Shown here: positions 19,901 to 28,018 of the stretch, piece by piece | How the letters are laid out: each line of letters begins with the position of its first letter | Numbering within the stretch: position 1 is the first letter of the stretch | Assembly: GCA_023247445.1 (NCBI GenBank) | Contig: JAHFGL010000002.1 | Span: forward strand, 64,553-128,552 | Direction: 5' to 3' | Source: Candidatus Omnitrophota bacterium | GTDB taxonomy: Bacteria > Omnitrophota > Gorgyraeia > Zapsychrales > Zapsychraceae | Length of the DNA: 64,000 nucleotides | Notes under the pieces: model-generated | The model's input: the letters and a program-made list of their open reading frames with translations, nothing else | The model's database searches: none | What the model was told of the DNA's origin: nothing | Position numbers and translations under genes: made by a program

Positions 19901-20324
19901 TTCAATGTCGGAAGGCGCTGGATATAATTTTGACGCGATGGTCGTTAATGATCAACTAATCATTATCAATATGGGCGATACGCCAATTACCATTAAACTT
20001 GATGAAGCACTGGTGACAAAAAAGGCGGAGTATGGTGGTATCGACATGAATCCGATGATTCTAGAGCGTGAGGTTCAAAAGAATGGTCACGGCGTGATTA
20101 TTCCGATGCCGACCGGCCCGATGCCGGATATGCGTAATATCGAAGGTTTTGTGCCAAGTATTATTAACATCGCGCCAGTTACCAACTTGCCGCTTCTATT
20201 AGGAATTGTAACGCCTAATCAAGCTCCGGTCTCATCTGGTTCTGATACAAATTCCCCCGCAGGTGACTTAGGGTTTTATGACAAGTCAAAATTTTCAAGA
20301 GAAATCGAATTGACTAACATCTAA
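13911..20324 (+). CDS. giant (2137 aa) multidomain protein: signal peptide, possible HExxH motif, internal TM helix, ComF-type phosphoribosyltransferase domain
   Basis: uninterrupted ORF; N-terminal signal FISAFVVFAFSINVIIPPSYAQ; LLAHELFHEI at nt ~15564; hydrophobic segment SLLLGIALSGLLTVFGGG at nt 16082-16150; PRTase motif VPVPSFKP...GAF....NKTVLIFDDNVTTKATLLELARVTMEAGAKRVILVALGKT at nt ~17745-18080. Confidence 0.75.
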   Translation: MQRLYIIEKSTKRLWTRFISAFVVFAFSINVIIPPSYAQSTPTLLNLPAPGTMVMTTPIYHPALVKGLMIYPDNPLKFDFIIDKGDTKLSDEDFKKESTKLIKYFLASLTTPEKEMWVNLSPYEKDRIIPQGFGQTEMGRDMLAQDYLLKQLSASLMYPEGDLGKSFWDRVYKKAKEKFNTTDIPMNTFNKIWIVPEKALVYEHEKGAFVVKSHLKVMLEEDYLALEANKNSTKHGLGDVKREDLKVISGVQSQVVREVLIPEIEKEVNEGKTFANLRQIFNSVILASWYKQALKESLLGKFYVDKSKNKGIEVEDKQINQKIYDQYVAAFKKGVYDYIKEDYDPNTQQIIPRKYFSGGVVAAVGVDTTDANDKATSEAVADAVADLADPTQGATVTTTLGSVGSQITEGQDAITTFFAKPRSRRDFGRGSLLAAAVAAFGSGVLSRRASATETQQVTVKSDIVQWVNFEKEGIAVDPVVSQLMDRAKIQGQTVAIVRSLPAWKRLMNDWKADAGFPAPPFGVRTQIPGGRLALVLAYAPMMGNGEYDLLAHELFHEIIASRQEPQRGIVFSQAPLIINDFVGIIEQLPQKDAVAFEQLLKWIYEEYFTESERSKGGSYSIKYSIKGNGGRQAVSSVGAFAVDELMTFIWHWGQYGNLPGLQERFDKLTPDEKAYFKNVSGTDQRIRSFLNQSDQKTREVFRRYFEDTLHVPVPRLFQIEQDPAMLTGRSLLLGIALSGLLTVFGGGCSSMKNSPLTAAQQVQGIVDSGKEIKIISREDAKKEFGEFYNRALDVGKKITDEKYGQVINDANDLIATIDAKLAQGGYTTAKGSVDDFEGIKTALKYYKLTAATAILKANLGELNELASKALAGEFFAKAGDDLAKEGNGPASKEKYGEARESWKEVQGRIGGLINRLSVIEGENVIVAPGKGSAAPTTGPADTFVNQARDAQERARKGLEKIGDDEAMFSEKVGLELLPEIAAHMSDPNWRLIVGPEGLLKVTEVDLEKQTITVVREGNLGYFYVSRGGDNSTVKAQRGRPTTVTVNQYSNFALWGSRAGYEMTRNNAFRAFKNHRWVPHLFGLDAIYKRLVDSPKADSILEKVFIEVFPGPEPIGQKLKTLYDSISSKTVFRTEYNDKIKEIILQYYRQTGEDLIRAGVLESFLREDADQKVWPIFHRDGGTNAAAWPSIGNVPSDVDFYFREQMFNQGVNLLNKDEQADPIIGLNTYYPTYRNEHRSDEFSQRIIRAQTDFEEGRRLAQENASRLKDALVGQGIDIKDIDLIVPVPSFKPETSQVVPMTDELSKALNIPTNPAAFKKIRSTENQSTIRNLFERIINVVGAFEADSQALANKTVLIFDDNVTTKATLLELARVTMEAGAKRVILVALGKTIEKDRIAQDDAAMLTVDEKFITQFNVVRRQYLRAIRQGEPTHEIHDLAGMVIEYIKGIEILLEDKAAKGNLEAKVALDDFREIFNPIDDLRSPGGKDRIKTNEPEREAADREFIIEFQSNIRLKQVLRNIESKLLGEDIARAAGLDQKGQVMLERYVEILAALNNKSLTESIDRFERETDQDVLGLFNRTQPILFAILQDPLEKQAKTITSLDEFLRLSDEIRYQLNMNASRDFLSAAEIADVEADKKDLGWLRQRRFGLSQTQGKLRSKAGDSGRVTDNIEIIDASIVRLGGNLDDFAMLTNAVAIAQEALDRLKKETSKGLKPPLVILSIGDEETIADYELSFSNFRDRVKDVENLLSRLLLEIEKAPVTLVGNIQLLSDVDLDFSIMEESLEKIRDLTETLRGGEGRFNPVMVEHVANSISGEILFGRDQVNSSPAQLLRALRELIKCLEIKIVQKYEALPASEKMVFPKEAIREQLAQTRITFFIDDFMEKLNIPIRQKAELVRFFRELGLNEVEEETLPGTGLWENLYSNALFKPKLMPIVLHKKYPYYHDFVADPGYTVSVRDARGLEIISMKRNGTGQVTINNGEQLTARARPFRSPASDSMSEGAGYNFDAMVVNDQLIIINMGDTPITIKLDEALVTKKAEYGGIDMNPMILEREVQKNGHGVIIPMPTGPMPDMRNIEGFVPSIINIAPVTNLPLLLGIVTPNQAPVSSGSDTNSPAGDLGFYDKSKFSREIELTNI

Positions 20325-20356
20325 ATTAAATTGTTTAAGGCGAAGTACCTGTAAAG

Positions 20357-21379
20357 TTGACAATTGCCCATTTATCGGGTATATATTTTGCGTTAATCAC
20401 AAAAGGCATCTCAAAAATGAAACCATTGTATCGAAATTTATTATGGGTCGGGATTCTTATCGGAGGCGTTGTTGTTTCTAAGTACGCCCACGAGCTAATT
20501 CTAATGGCCATTTATTTTACTAAGGAATACTTCTATTGGCCGCTTTTAGCGACGTTTAAGAAAACGATCTTTACGCCGCAATTTTATCTCTTCCTGGGAG
20601 CGATTTTACTTATCGAACGATTGTTTCCCGCCAATAAGAATCAAAAGATTCTTAGCACGAGCTTTTTTCAAGATATCATCTGGTTTTTTGTTGAAAGCAT
20701 AGGCCAGGCCTTTATTATCTCAACGTATGTTGCATTCTTGTTTAATTTTTATCATCAACATTTAAGCTTTTTGACGATTCAAAGTACCGCGCAAATTCCA
20801 GAGTGGGGAAGACTTATTATTGGAATTGTTCTATTGGATTTTCTTTATTGGCTGCAACATTTTATTAATCACAAAGTTCAATGGCTTTGGTTTTTTCATT
20901 CAATCCATCATTCACAAAAGGAAGTTAATGTTTTCACGGATTTTAGGTATCACACCTTGGAATATGTTATGAGAAATACAATTATTAGTATTCCATTTTA
21001 TATTTTGGGCATTAAATTACCTACGCTCATCTATTTTATTGTTTTTCAGATGTGGTTTACCCGATTCTATCATGGCAACATCAAGACTAATTTAGGATGG
21101 TTACGATATATTCTTGTTACGCCGCAATCGCATCGTGTTCATCATTCCATTGAGCGCCGCCATCAGGATAAGAATTTTGGTTCTATATTAAGTATCTGGG
21201 ATTTTATATTTGGTACTCAATATCGCGGGTATGATGAGTATCCAGTGACGGGTATTGAAGACGAACATTTTCCGCATGAAACCTCAAAGAATATTGTTAA
21301 TTTAATCCGCACACCGCTTCTGCAGCTCATTTATCCTTTCCGCCGAATTGCCAAGCAAGTTTTTAAATCAAAAGAATAA
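20357..21379 (+). CDS. fatty acid hydroxylase/sterol desaturase superfamily membrane protein
   Basis: histidine boxes HFINHK, HSIHHS, HRVHHS; multiple TM helices; true start may be ATG at 20417. Confidence 0.75.
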   Translation: MTIAHLSGIYFALITKGISKMKPLYRNLLWVGILIGGVVVSKYAHELILMAIYFTKEYFYWPLLATFKKTIFTPQFYLFLGAILLIERLFPANKNQKILSTSFFQDIIWFFVESIGQAFIISTYVAFLFNFYHQHLSFLTIQSTAQIPEWGRLIIGIVLLDFLYWLQHFINHKVQWLWFFHSIHHSQKEVNVFTDFRYHTLEYVMRNTIISIPFYILGIKLPTLIYFIVFQMWFTRFYHGNIKTNLGWLRYILVTPQSHRVHHSIERRHQDKNFGSILSIWDFIFGTQYRGYDEYPVTGIEDEHFPHETSKNIVNLIRTPLLQLIYPFRRIAKQVFKSKE

Positions 21380-21418
21380 GTAGTTTTAAGAATGTAGTTT
21401 AGTCCATTTTTTTCAATT

Positions 21419-21490
21419 GCGTCATTCTGAGCGAAGCGAAGAATCCCAGTCGATCGAGATTCTTCGGCCCTTTGGGCCTCAGAATGACGG
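21419..21490. repeat. palindromic structured repeat, copy 1 (cgtcattctgag...ctcagaatgacg)
   Basis: terminal inverted repeats cgtcattctgagcg/cgctcagaatgacg with internal hairpins gaagaatc/gattcttc and ggccctttgggcc. Confidence 0.8.
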
Positions 21491-21630
21491 AATACGATGA
21501 ACGACATTAGTCTTGCCGAACTTCTCTGGAGAATCGTTGAAGGCTCTTAAGCGAATAATAATATGCTTAAACTCCGTTCCTTATCTTAGATATTGCAAAT
21601 TTTGCATGGCGAAGGATATAATGTCCTCCT

Positions 21631-24600
21631 ATGAAGAGCTCCCCATCGAATGCGTTTTCATTCCCTGAAGTCAGAGTTGTTGAAGCCAGCGCCGGTTCCG
21701 GCAAAACTTTTGCCCTCGCCAAACGTTATATCCAACTTCTTCTTCACCCGTCTTTAACGGTTGACTCCATTCCGATGCGCTCGATTTTGGCAATTACCTT
21801 TACCAACAAAGCTGCCTTCGAGATGAAATCGCGTATTTTGGAATTCTTAAAGTGTATAGCGCTCAAGAAATTATCCGCCGCGCAAGACAATGAGATTCTA
21901 AAGCCGCTAGGGATTAGCCAAGAAGAGGCGAGTGGCAAGGCCTTTCAAATCATGGAGGTCTTGATCCATCATTACAATTTCTTTCAGGTTCAAACTATCG
22001 ACAAATTTATTAACGCGCTTCTTTCCGGATGTGCTTTTAAAATTGGATTAACCGCCAACTTTAAAATTAAAACGAATTCTTACGAATATCTCGAATACAG
22101 CTTGGATCAATTGATCGATCAGGCGGCCCACCACAAAGAATTATCTAAGATATTTCAATATTTTCTTCACAACTATTTGTATCTTGAAAATCGGACGGGC
22201 TGGTTCCCGAAAGAGGATATGCTTTCGATTATGCTGGCCCTTTTTCGTCATCACAATACTTATGGGCTGGATTTTAAGAAAAGTTCGTTGACTCCGGAAG
22301 ATTTGATTAAGAAAAAGAAATCAATCTTGGCGGAGATGAAGACACTACGTTCTATCTTGCCAGAATCGACAGATTTACGTTTTGTTAAGAGTTTTGATAA
22401 GTTCTTGGCGAACACATCAGGCACTTTCGATGTCGATAGTTTGTCAGATTATTTCTTACGCGAGGCGATTCCTATCAAGAAAGGAACAGAAGTTTCTGAT
22501 GAGGCTGACAAACTTTGGGTCAAGATACGAAGTGGAATCCAACAAGTTTGTGAAGAAGAGGCCTATTCACTTTTTAATCCGTATGTTCAGTTGTATTCGT
22601 ATGTCGCCACAAATTTTTATCAGCTTTCGGCCAAAGATGATGTGCTATTTTTGGAGGAATTAAATAAAAGGGCGAGCCGACTTTTTGATAATGAGTATGT
22701 AACGGTTGAAGAACTTTATTTTCGTCTGGCAACGCGTTTTCGTCATTACTTAATTGATGAGTTTCAAGACACCAGCCGCCTGCAGTGGCTTAACATTGAG
22801 AAAATGGCCGAAGAGGCGTTGGCCACCGGCGGATCACTCTTTTATGTGGGCGATCGTAAGCAGGCGATTTATGGATTCCGCGGTGGAGAAGTCACGCTTT
22901 TTGATCAACTTAAAACACAATTTGATGCCTTTAATATTAAAGTCGATTATCTGACCAACAATTGGCGCAGCCAGCGTGCGATTGTCGAATTTAATAATTC
23001 TATTTTCTCCCTCGATAATTTGAAACGATTTATTCGCGAAAAGGAAACCTATGAAGAAGAGAAAAATAAGCGCGGGATGATTGCCTTTAGTGATGACGAT
23101 TTTAACGCGCTGGCCGATATCTTTAAAGGCGCGCAGCAAACGTTTCAGCCGAAGTACAAAGATGGTTACGTCAAAATCGAATATATTGGCTTGGACAAAA
23201 AGGAAGATCGCGATGAAGAAATTCGCACGAAGGTCGTCAGCCTTGTGAAAGATTTACGCAATCGATTTTCTTATCGCGACATCGCAATCTTGACTCGCAG
23301 CAACCAGCAAATTGAGGATTTAACTAACTGGCTCTTGGCCGAAGGAATCTTGGTCGAGTCGGAACGTACCTCTAGCGTCAAAGAGAATCATCTGATTAAA
23401 GAATTGATTTCTTTCCTGAAGTTTTTAGATTCTCCTATCGACAATCTTTCGTTTGCCTCATTTATCCTGGGTGATATTTTCAAGAAGGCCTCGGGATTGT
23501 CAGAATCTGAATTACACACCTTTGTCTTTAAATCACGTGAGCACTTGGCCAATAACAAAGATGCTTATTTATACATGGCGTTTCGGCAGGCGTATCCAGA
23601 AGTTTGGGAGCGTTTGATTAATGAGTTTTTCAAAAATGTCGGACTGTATCCATTGTATGAACTGGTCATTAGCATTTATCATCGATTGAATTGTTTGATT
23701 AATTTTTCCGAGGCGCAAGGATTCTTGATGCACTTTCTTGAACTCATCAAAGAAGAGGAAGAAGATCACGGCGACATCACGTCATTTCTTGATTATTTTG
23801 AGCAGTTGGAGGGCGCCGATTTATTTGTTGCGGTGACCGATACGGATGCGGTCAAAATATTGACAGTTCACAAGGCGAAGGGTTTGGAATTTCCCATCGT
23901 TATAATTCCGTTTCTAGGAATGGACGTTCAGGTTGGGTCGCAGGGCGCGGATCAGCAGCAATCGTATATTGTTAAACGGGATAGTGCCGCCATTGAGCTC
24001 ATTCGTCTTAAGACTAAATATTTAAGCTTTTCAGAGGAGCTGTATCAAATTTATGCGGATGAATATAAGAAGGCGCTGCTTACGGAATTAAATAATGTTT
24101 ATGTCGCGTTAACCCGCGCGCAGTATGAGCTGTATGCTTTTATTCCCAAAAGAATTCAAAACAGTTTTAATCTGGTCAAGTTTCTTATCCCTGAAGATAA
24201 TTTTGAAGCGGGTGTGCAGCACACCTATGATATCAAGCTGTCAGCTGCTGATTCGATCAAGCAATTGCCGCCTTCGCAATATCATGATTGGATTGATTAT
24301 TTGAAGGATGAGTTTTTAGATTTAAACGAACTTAAGAATAGAGAAGAAAGGCGCCGGGGGGAAATTTTACATTTTATGTTATCGTTTGTGGGAAATCTGA
24401 AAGAGGCGAATAAGAAGGAAATCATCCATCGCGCCGCCCAAGAAGCAAAAACACATTTTGCTCAAACAGCTGACTTAACCGCGCATGTTAACTTATTAAA
24501 CCAGTTGTTGGATGAGCCTGCGCTCAAACAATTCTTTTATGTTGATGCGGATGTTAAGACCGAACAGGATGTGGTCAATGCTGTTGGACATCCCAAGCGA

Positions 24601-24789
24601 ATTGATCGGCTTATTATTAAAAAAGATGAAATTATCGTCGTTGATTACAAAAGTTCAGCCCATCCGCAAGATGTGTATCGGGATCAGGTCAAAGATTATT
24701 GTTTAATTGTCCGCGAGATGTATCCGAAGCATCGCGTGAAGGGATATTTGATTTATTTAGATAGTTTTAAGGTTGAAGAAGTTCTCTGA
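21631..24789 (+). CDS. AddA/RecB-like helicase-nuclease (UvrD helicase domain plus C-terminal PD-(D/E)XK nuclease)
   Basis: Walker A ASAGSGKTFAL, FTNKAAFEM, DEFQDTS, GDRKQAIYGFRGG, TVHKAKGLEFPIV, C-terminal IIVVDYKSS nuclease motif. Confidence 0.8.
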   Translation: MKSSPSNAFSFPEVRVVEASAGSGKTFALAKRYIQLLLHPSLTVDSIPMRSILAITFTNKAAFEMKSRILEFLKCIALKKLSAAQDNEILKPLGISQEEASGKAFQIMEVLIHHYNFFQVQTIDKFINALLSGCAFKIGLTANFKIKTNSYEYLEYSLDQLIDQAAHHKELSKIFQYFLHNYLYLENRTGWFPKEDMLSIMLALFRHHNTYGLDFKKSSLTPEDLIKKKKSILAEMKTLRSILPESTDLRFVKSFDKFLANTSGTFDVDSLSDYFLREAIPIKKGTEVSDEADKLWVKIRSGIQQVCEEEAYSLFNPYVQLYSYVATNFYQLSAKDDVLFLEELNKRASRLFDNEYVTVEELYFRLATRFRHYLIDEFQDTSRLQWLNIEKMAEEALATGGSLFYVGDRKQAIYGFRGGEVTLFDQLKTQFDAFNIKVDYLTNNWRSQRAIVEFNNSIFSLDNLKRFIREKETYEEEKNKRGMIAFSDDDFNALADIFKGAQQTFQPKYKDGYVKIEYIGLDKKEDRDEEIRTKVVSLVKDLRNRFSYRDIAILTRSNQQIEDLTNWLLAEGILVESERTSSVKENHLIKELISFLKFLDSPIDNLSFASFILGDIFKKASGLSESELHTFVFKSREHLANNKDAYLYMAFRQAYPEVWERLINEFFKNVGLYPLYELVISIYHRLNCLINFSEAQGFLMHFLELIKEEEEDHGDITSFLDYFEQLEGADLFVAVTDTDAVKILTVHKAKGLEFPIVIIPFLGMDVQVGSQGADQQQSYIVKRDSAAIELIRLKTKYLSFSEELYQIYADEYKKALLTELNNVYVALTRAQYELYAFIPKRIQNSFNLVKFLIPEDNFEAGVQHTYDIKLSAADSIKQLPPSQYHDWIDYLKDEFLDLNELKNREERRRGEILHFMLSFVGNLKEANKKEIIHRAAQEAKTHFAQTADLTAHVNLLNQLLDEPALKQFFYVDADVKTEQDVVNAVGHPKRIDRLIIKKDEIIVVDYKSSAHPQDVYRDQVKDYCLIVREMYPKHRVKGYLIYLDSFKVEEVL

Positions 24790-24794
24790 GTTTT

Positions 24795-24869
24795 CGTCAT
24801 CCTGAGCGTAGCGAAGGATCCCAGAATATCTTAAATGCTTTGAGATTCTTCGCTGCGCTCAGAATGACG
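24795..24869. repeat. palindromic structured repeat, copy 2
   Basis: cgtcatcctgagcgtagcgaaggatc ... gagattcttcgctgcgctcagaatgacg. Confidence 0.8.
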
Positions 24870-24871
24870 TC

Positions 24872-25180
24872 TTGAGGATATTTGTATATATGGATAAGCA
24901 ATCATATGTTTATATTTTATCTAACAAAAGCAACTCGGTTTTATACACCGGCGTTACGAGTGATCTAATAAAGAGAATTTATGAGCATAAGCATAAGTTG
25001 GCTGATGGATTCACAAAGAAATATAACGTAGATAAATTAGTATATTTTGAAGTTTTTGACGATATTGAACAGGCTATATTGCGGGAGAATCAAATTAAGG
25101 GATGGGTAAGAGTTAAGAAATTGGCCTTAATTGAATCGAAGAATTCGAATTGGAAAGATTTATATGGAAATATTTTATGA
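24872..25180 (+). CDS. small GIY-YIG nuclease family protein (UPF0213-like, 102 aa)
   Basis: YVYILSNKSNSVLYTGVTSDLIKRIYEHK (GIY-YIG core) ... ILRENQIKGW; flanked on both sides by repeat-element halves. Confidence 0.75.
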   Translation: MRIFVYMDKQSYVYILSNKSNSVLYTGVTSDLIKRIYEHKHKLADGFTKKYNVDKLVYFEVFDDIEQAILRENQIKGWVRVKKLALIESKNSNWKDLYGNIL

Positions 25181-25212
25181 GATCCTTCGTCCCTTCGGGA
25201 CTCAGGATGACG
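25181..25212. repeat. half-copy of the palindromic repeat (right arm)
   Basis: gatccttcgtcccttcgggactcaggatgacg matches right arm of the cgtcatcctgag family. Confidence 0.7.
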
Positions 25213-28017
25213 GAGCGTAAAGTGAATAAAATTATCACTTACAGTTTTTGTGAACCGTTTATCGATCGCCTAGCCGATTATCTTGAAGAGAATTATATTA
25301 AAAAAGGTAAGGATCTTGGACGTGTGGCTATTGTCTTTGGCGGTAAGAGACCGAGTCTCTTTACAAAACGCGAGTTGGCTCGGCGCATCAAAAAGAGTTT
25401 TTATCCACCACGATTTTTTACGATCGATGAATTTGTGGGTTATACCATTCAAAAGAAAGAAGCCTTTAGCGCGCCGCAGGATTTGGACAGCTGCTATTTT
25501 TTATATCAGCTGATTTCAAAAGTTACGCCTGATCTTTTGAAAGGCCGAAACACCTTCGCGCAATTTCTGCCGTGGACACGCGAGATGTTATCATTTATCG
25601 ATCAGCTTGATTTAGAGATGATTGACGATGATGTTCTCAAAAATATTCAGATCAATGCCCAGATTGGTTACGCTGTTCCAACGGATATTAATCAAATGCT
25701 GCAAAGCATTATTAAGTTAAGAAATATTTATCATGATGAGCTTAAGGAAAAGAAGGTTTATACGCGCGGGTTTCAATATCTTCGTGCGGCGCAGGTTATT
25801 GATCAGGTTGATTTTAAAGAATTTGATGACATTTTGTTTTGTAACTTTTTTTATTTTCACCGAACAGAAGAGGCGATTGTAAAGAAACTCTACGATCAAG
25901 GCCAAGCGACATTAATTTTCCAGGGCGATCAACGTAAATGGCCGATTTTTACACGTATCGCTAAGAATTTTTCCTGCACGATCGAAGAGGGAAAGACCGT
26001 TGACATTCCGCAGTTTGACTTAAAATTATATCAAGGTGGTGACGTTCATGCCCAGGTCTGTCATGTCCGGGAAATTTTAAAAACAATTAAACATCTGGAT
26101 CGTACGGTCATCGTTCTTCCCAATCCTGATCATATCATCCCGCTTCTTTCTGAAATCACCGCCATTGCCAAAGATTTTAATATCTCGATGGGGTATCCAC
26201 TTAAGCGCAGCAGTCTTTATTCGCTGTTTGAATTTGTTTTTAAGACTCAGCTATCCCGACGTCAGCATGAATATTATGCGAAGGATTATTTAAAAGTTTT
26301 GCGTCATCCGTTTGTAAAAAATTTGAGTTTGGCGGAGAGTCCAACGATTACGCGAACTTTGATTCATAAGATTGAAGAAATTTTAACCGGCAAAGAACCG
26401 TCGGCTCTTTCTGGCCAACTCTTCTTTGAGTTGGAAGACATGGAAAGCTTAGATGAGCTTTTTATGTTAACACTCGAATCACTTGATCGATTGGGCATCA
26501 AAAGTAATCGCGATCAGTTACTTTTGATTTTGGAAGAGATTCATAATCTATTTTTCTTAGAATGGGAAAAGATTAATAATTTTGCCGTGTTTGCAGTTGT
26601 TTTAGAAAATTTTCTAGATGTTCTTATCGAAAAAAGCTTTCTCAAGAATTATCCATTGAATCTTAACATCGCGACGAAGATGTATGCGATTAAAGATGAA
26701 TTGGCGCAGACATCTTTTAAGGAAGAACATTTTTCCGCAGAAGAAATATTTAGAATCTTTGACGGAAAAATCAGCAGGGAAATGGTGGCCTTTGTTGGAT
26801 CTCCGCTACGAGGTTTGCAGGTCTTGGGTCTTTTTGAAACACGATCACTTAACTTTGAAAATGTTATTGTGCTCGATGTCAACGAAGGGACGTTACCAAA
26901 CTTGCGCATCTATGAACCGCTTATCCCGCGAGAAGTGATGATTAGCCTAAGTCTTGATCGATTGGAGCTGGAAGAAGAGATTCAGCGCTATCAATTCATG
27001 CGACTTATCTCGTCCGCAAAAAATGTACATTTAGTTTATCAACAGAGTAAAGATAAAGAACGAAGTCGATTTGTTGAAGAGCTTGTTTGGGAAAAGCAGA
27101 AGGAACTTAAGACATTAGATGTTCTGCCGATTGAACAGGCGAGTTTCGCTGTCCATGTTTCCTCGCAGAAAATAAGTGTTAAGAAGACAAAAGAAATGAC
27201 GGAATATCTAAGGCAAATTAAATATTCCGCGACGAGTATTAATACGTATCTGCGCAACCCTTTAGAATTTTATTACAAATATGTTTTGGGTTTGAAAGAA
27301 GAGGAAGACTTGTTAGATGAGCCGGAGGCGAGGCAAGTGGGGACGTTTGTCCATGAACTTTTGGAGGCAGCCTTTACACCGTTTTTAAAACGTAAACCGG
27401 AGATTAATGCTCACTTTCGCGAGCGATTTGCGCGGATGTTTGAAGAAAGATTTACAAACACCTTTGGCCGCAGCATGAAATCAGATTCATTTTTGTTAAA
27501 ATCCGTTTTAGTGGAACGGTTAAATCGATTTTTAGATAATGAACAATTTAATGAAGACCGCGCCGTTGAAGAAATTTTATATTTAGAGAATCATTTTGAA
27601 GATGTGGTTCCTCTTTCGTGCGGTGACATAAAGTTTCGTTATATCGTTGATCGCGTTGATCGTTTAAAAGACGGAACGATTGCGATCATTGACTATAAAA
27701 CAGGAAGCATTAATCAGATGCCCAAAGACATTAGTCGGATTTTGTCCACTTCCTCTTCGCGCGAATCGATTCGAGACAACGTTCGGTCTTTTCAAATTCC
27801 GCTTTATTTCTATTATCTCGACAAACAATATACAAATCAGCCCATCAATGCTGTTTTATATAATTTGAGAACTTTAGAGTTGCATCGTTTTATCGATGAT
27901 AAAATGACGTACAGCCGTGAGCAAATTAATAATGGATTTCTAAAGGCGTTAGATTTTATCATTACTGAAATCATAAACCCTGATGTGCCGTTTGTGGAAG
28001 ATCAACCACCCTATTAA
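25207..28017 (+). CDS. AddB-like PD-(D/E)XK nuclease/inactivated-helicase subunit
   Basis: C-terminal RecB-type nuclease motifs GTFVHELLE ... IAIIDYKTG; partner of upstream AddA-like gene; ORF track start 25150 lies inside the repeat (peptide ..GLRMTE), so ATG 25207 is preferred. Confidence 0.65.
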   Translation: MTERKVNKIITYSFCEPFIDRLADYLEENYIKKGKDLGRVAIVFGGKRPSLFTKRELARRIKKSFYPPRFFTIDEFVGYTIQKKEAFSAPQDLDSCYFLYQLISKVTPDLLKGRNTFAQFLPWTREMLSFIDQLDLEMIDDDVLKNIQINAQIGYAVPTDINQMLQSIIKLRNIYHDELKEKKVYTRGFQYLRAAQVIDQVDFKEFDDILFCNFFYFHRTEEAIVKKLYDQGQATLIFQGDQRKWPIFTRIAKNFSCTIEEGKTVDIPQFDLKLYQGGDVHAQVCHVREILKTIKHLDRTVIVLPNPDHIIPLLSEITAIAKDFNISMGYPLKRSSLYSLFEFVFKTQLSRRQHEYYAKDYLKVLRHPFVKNLSLAESPTITRTLIHKIEEILTGKEPSALSGQLFFELEDMESLDELFMLTLESLDRLGIKSNRDQLLLILEEIHNLFFLEWEKINNFAVFAVVLENFLDVLIEKSFLKNYPLNLNIATKMYAIKDELAQTSFKEEHFSAEEIFRIFDGKISREMVAFVGSPLRGLQVLGLFETRSLNFENVIVLDVNEGTLPNLRIYEPLIPREVMISLSLDRLELEEEIQRYQFMRLISSAKNVHLVYQQSKDKERSRFVEELVWEKQKELKTLDVLPIEQASFAVHVSSQKISVKKTKEMTEYLRQIKYSATSINTYLRNPLEFYYKYVLGLKEEEDLLDEPEARQVGTFVHELLEAAFTPFLKRKPEINAHFRERFARMFEERFTNTFGRSMKSDSFLLKSVLVERLNRFLDNEQFNEDRAVEEILYLENHFEDVVPLSCGDIKFRYIVDRVDRLKDGTIAIIDYKTGSINQMPKDISRILSTSSSRESIRDNVRSFQIPLYFYYLDKQYTNQPINAVLYNLRTLELHRFIDDKMTYSREQINNGFLKALDFIITEIINPDVPFVEDQPPY

Positions 28018-28018
28018 G

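Noticed and set aside
25150-25206. AddB start at 25150 as given by the ORF track
   Set aside because: The first 19 codons translate the palindromic repeat (..RSFVPSGLRMTE) and overlap the GIY-YIG gene end. Downstream ATG 25207 preferred.
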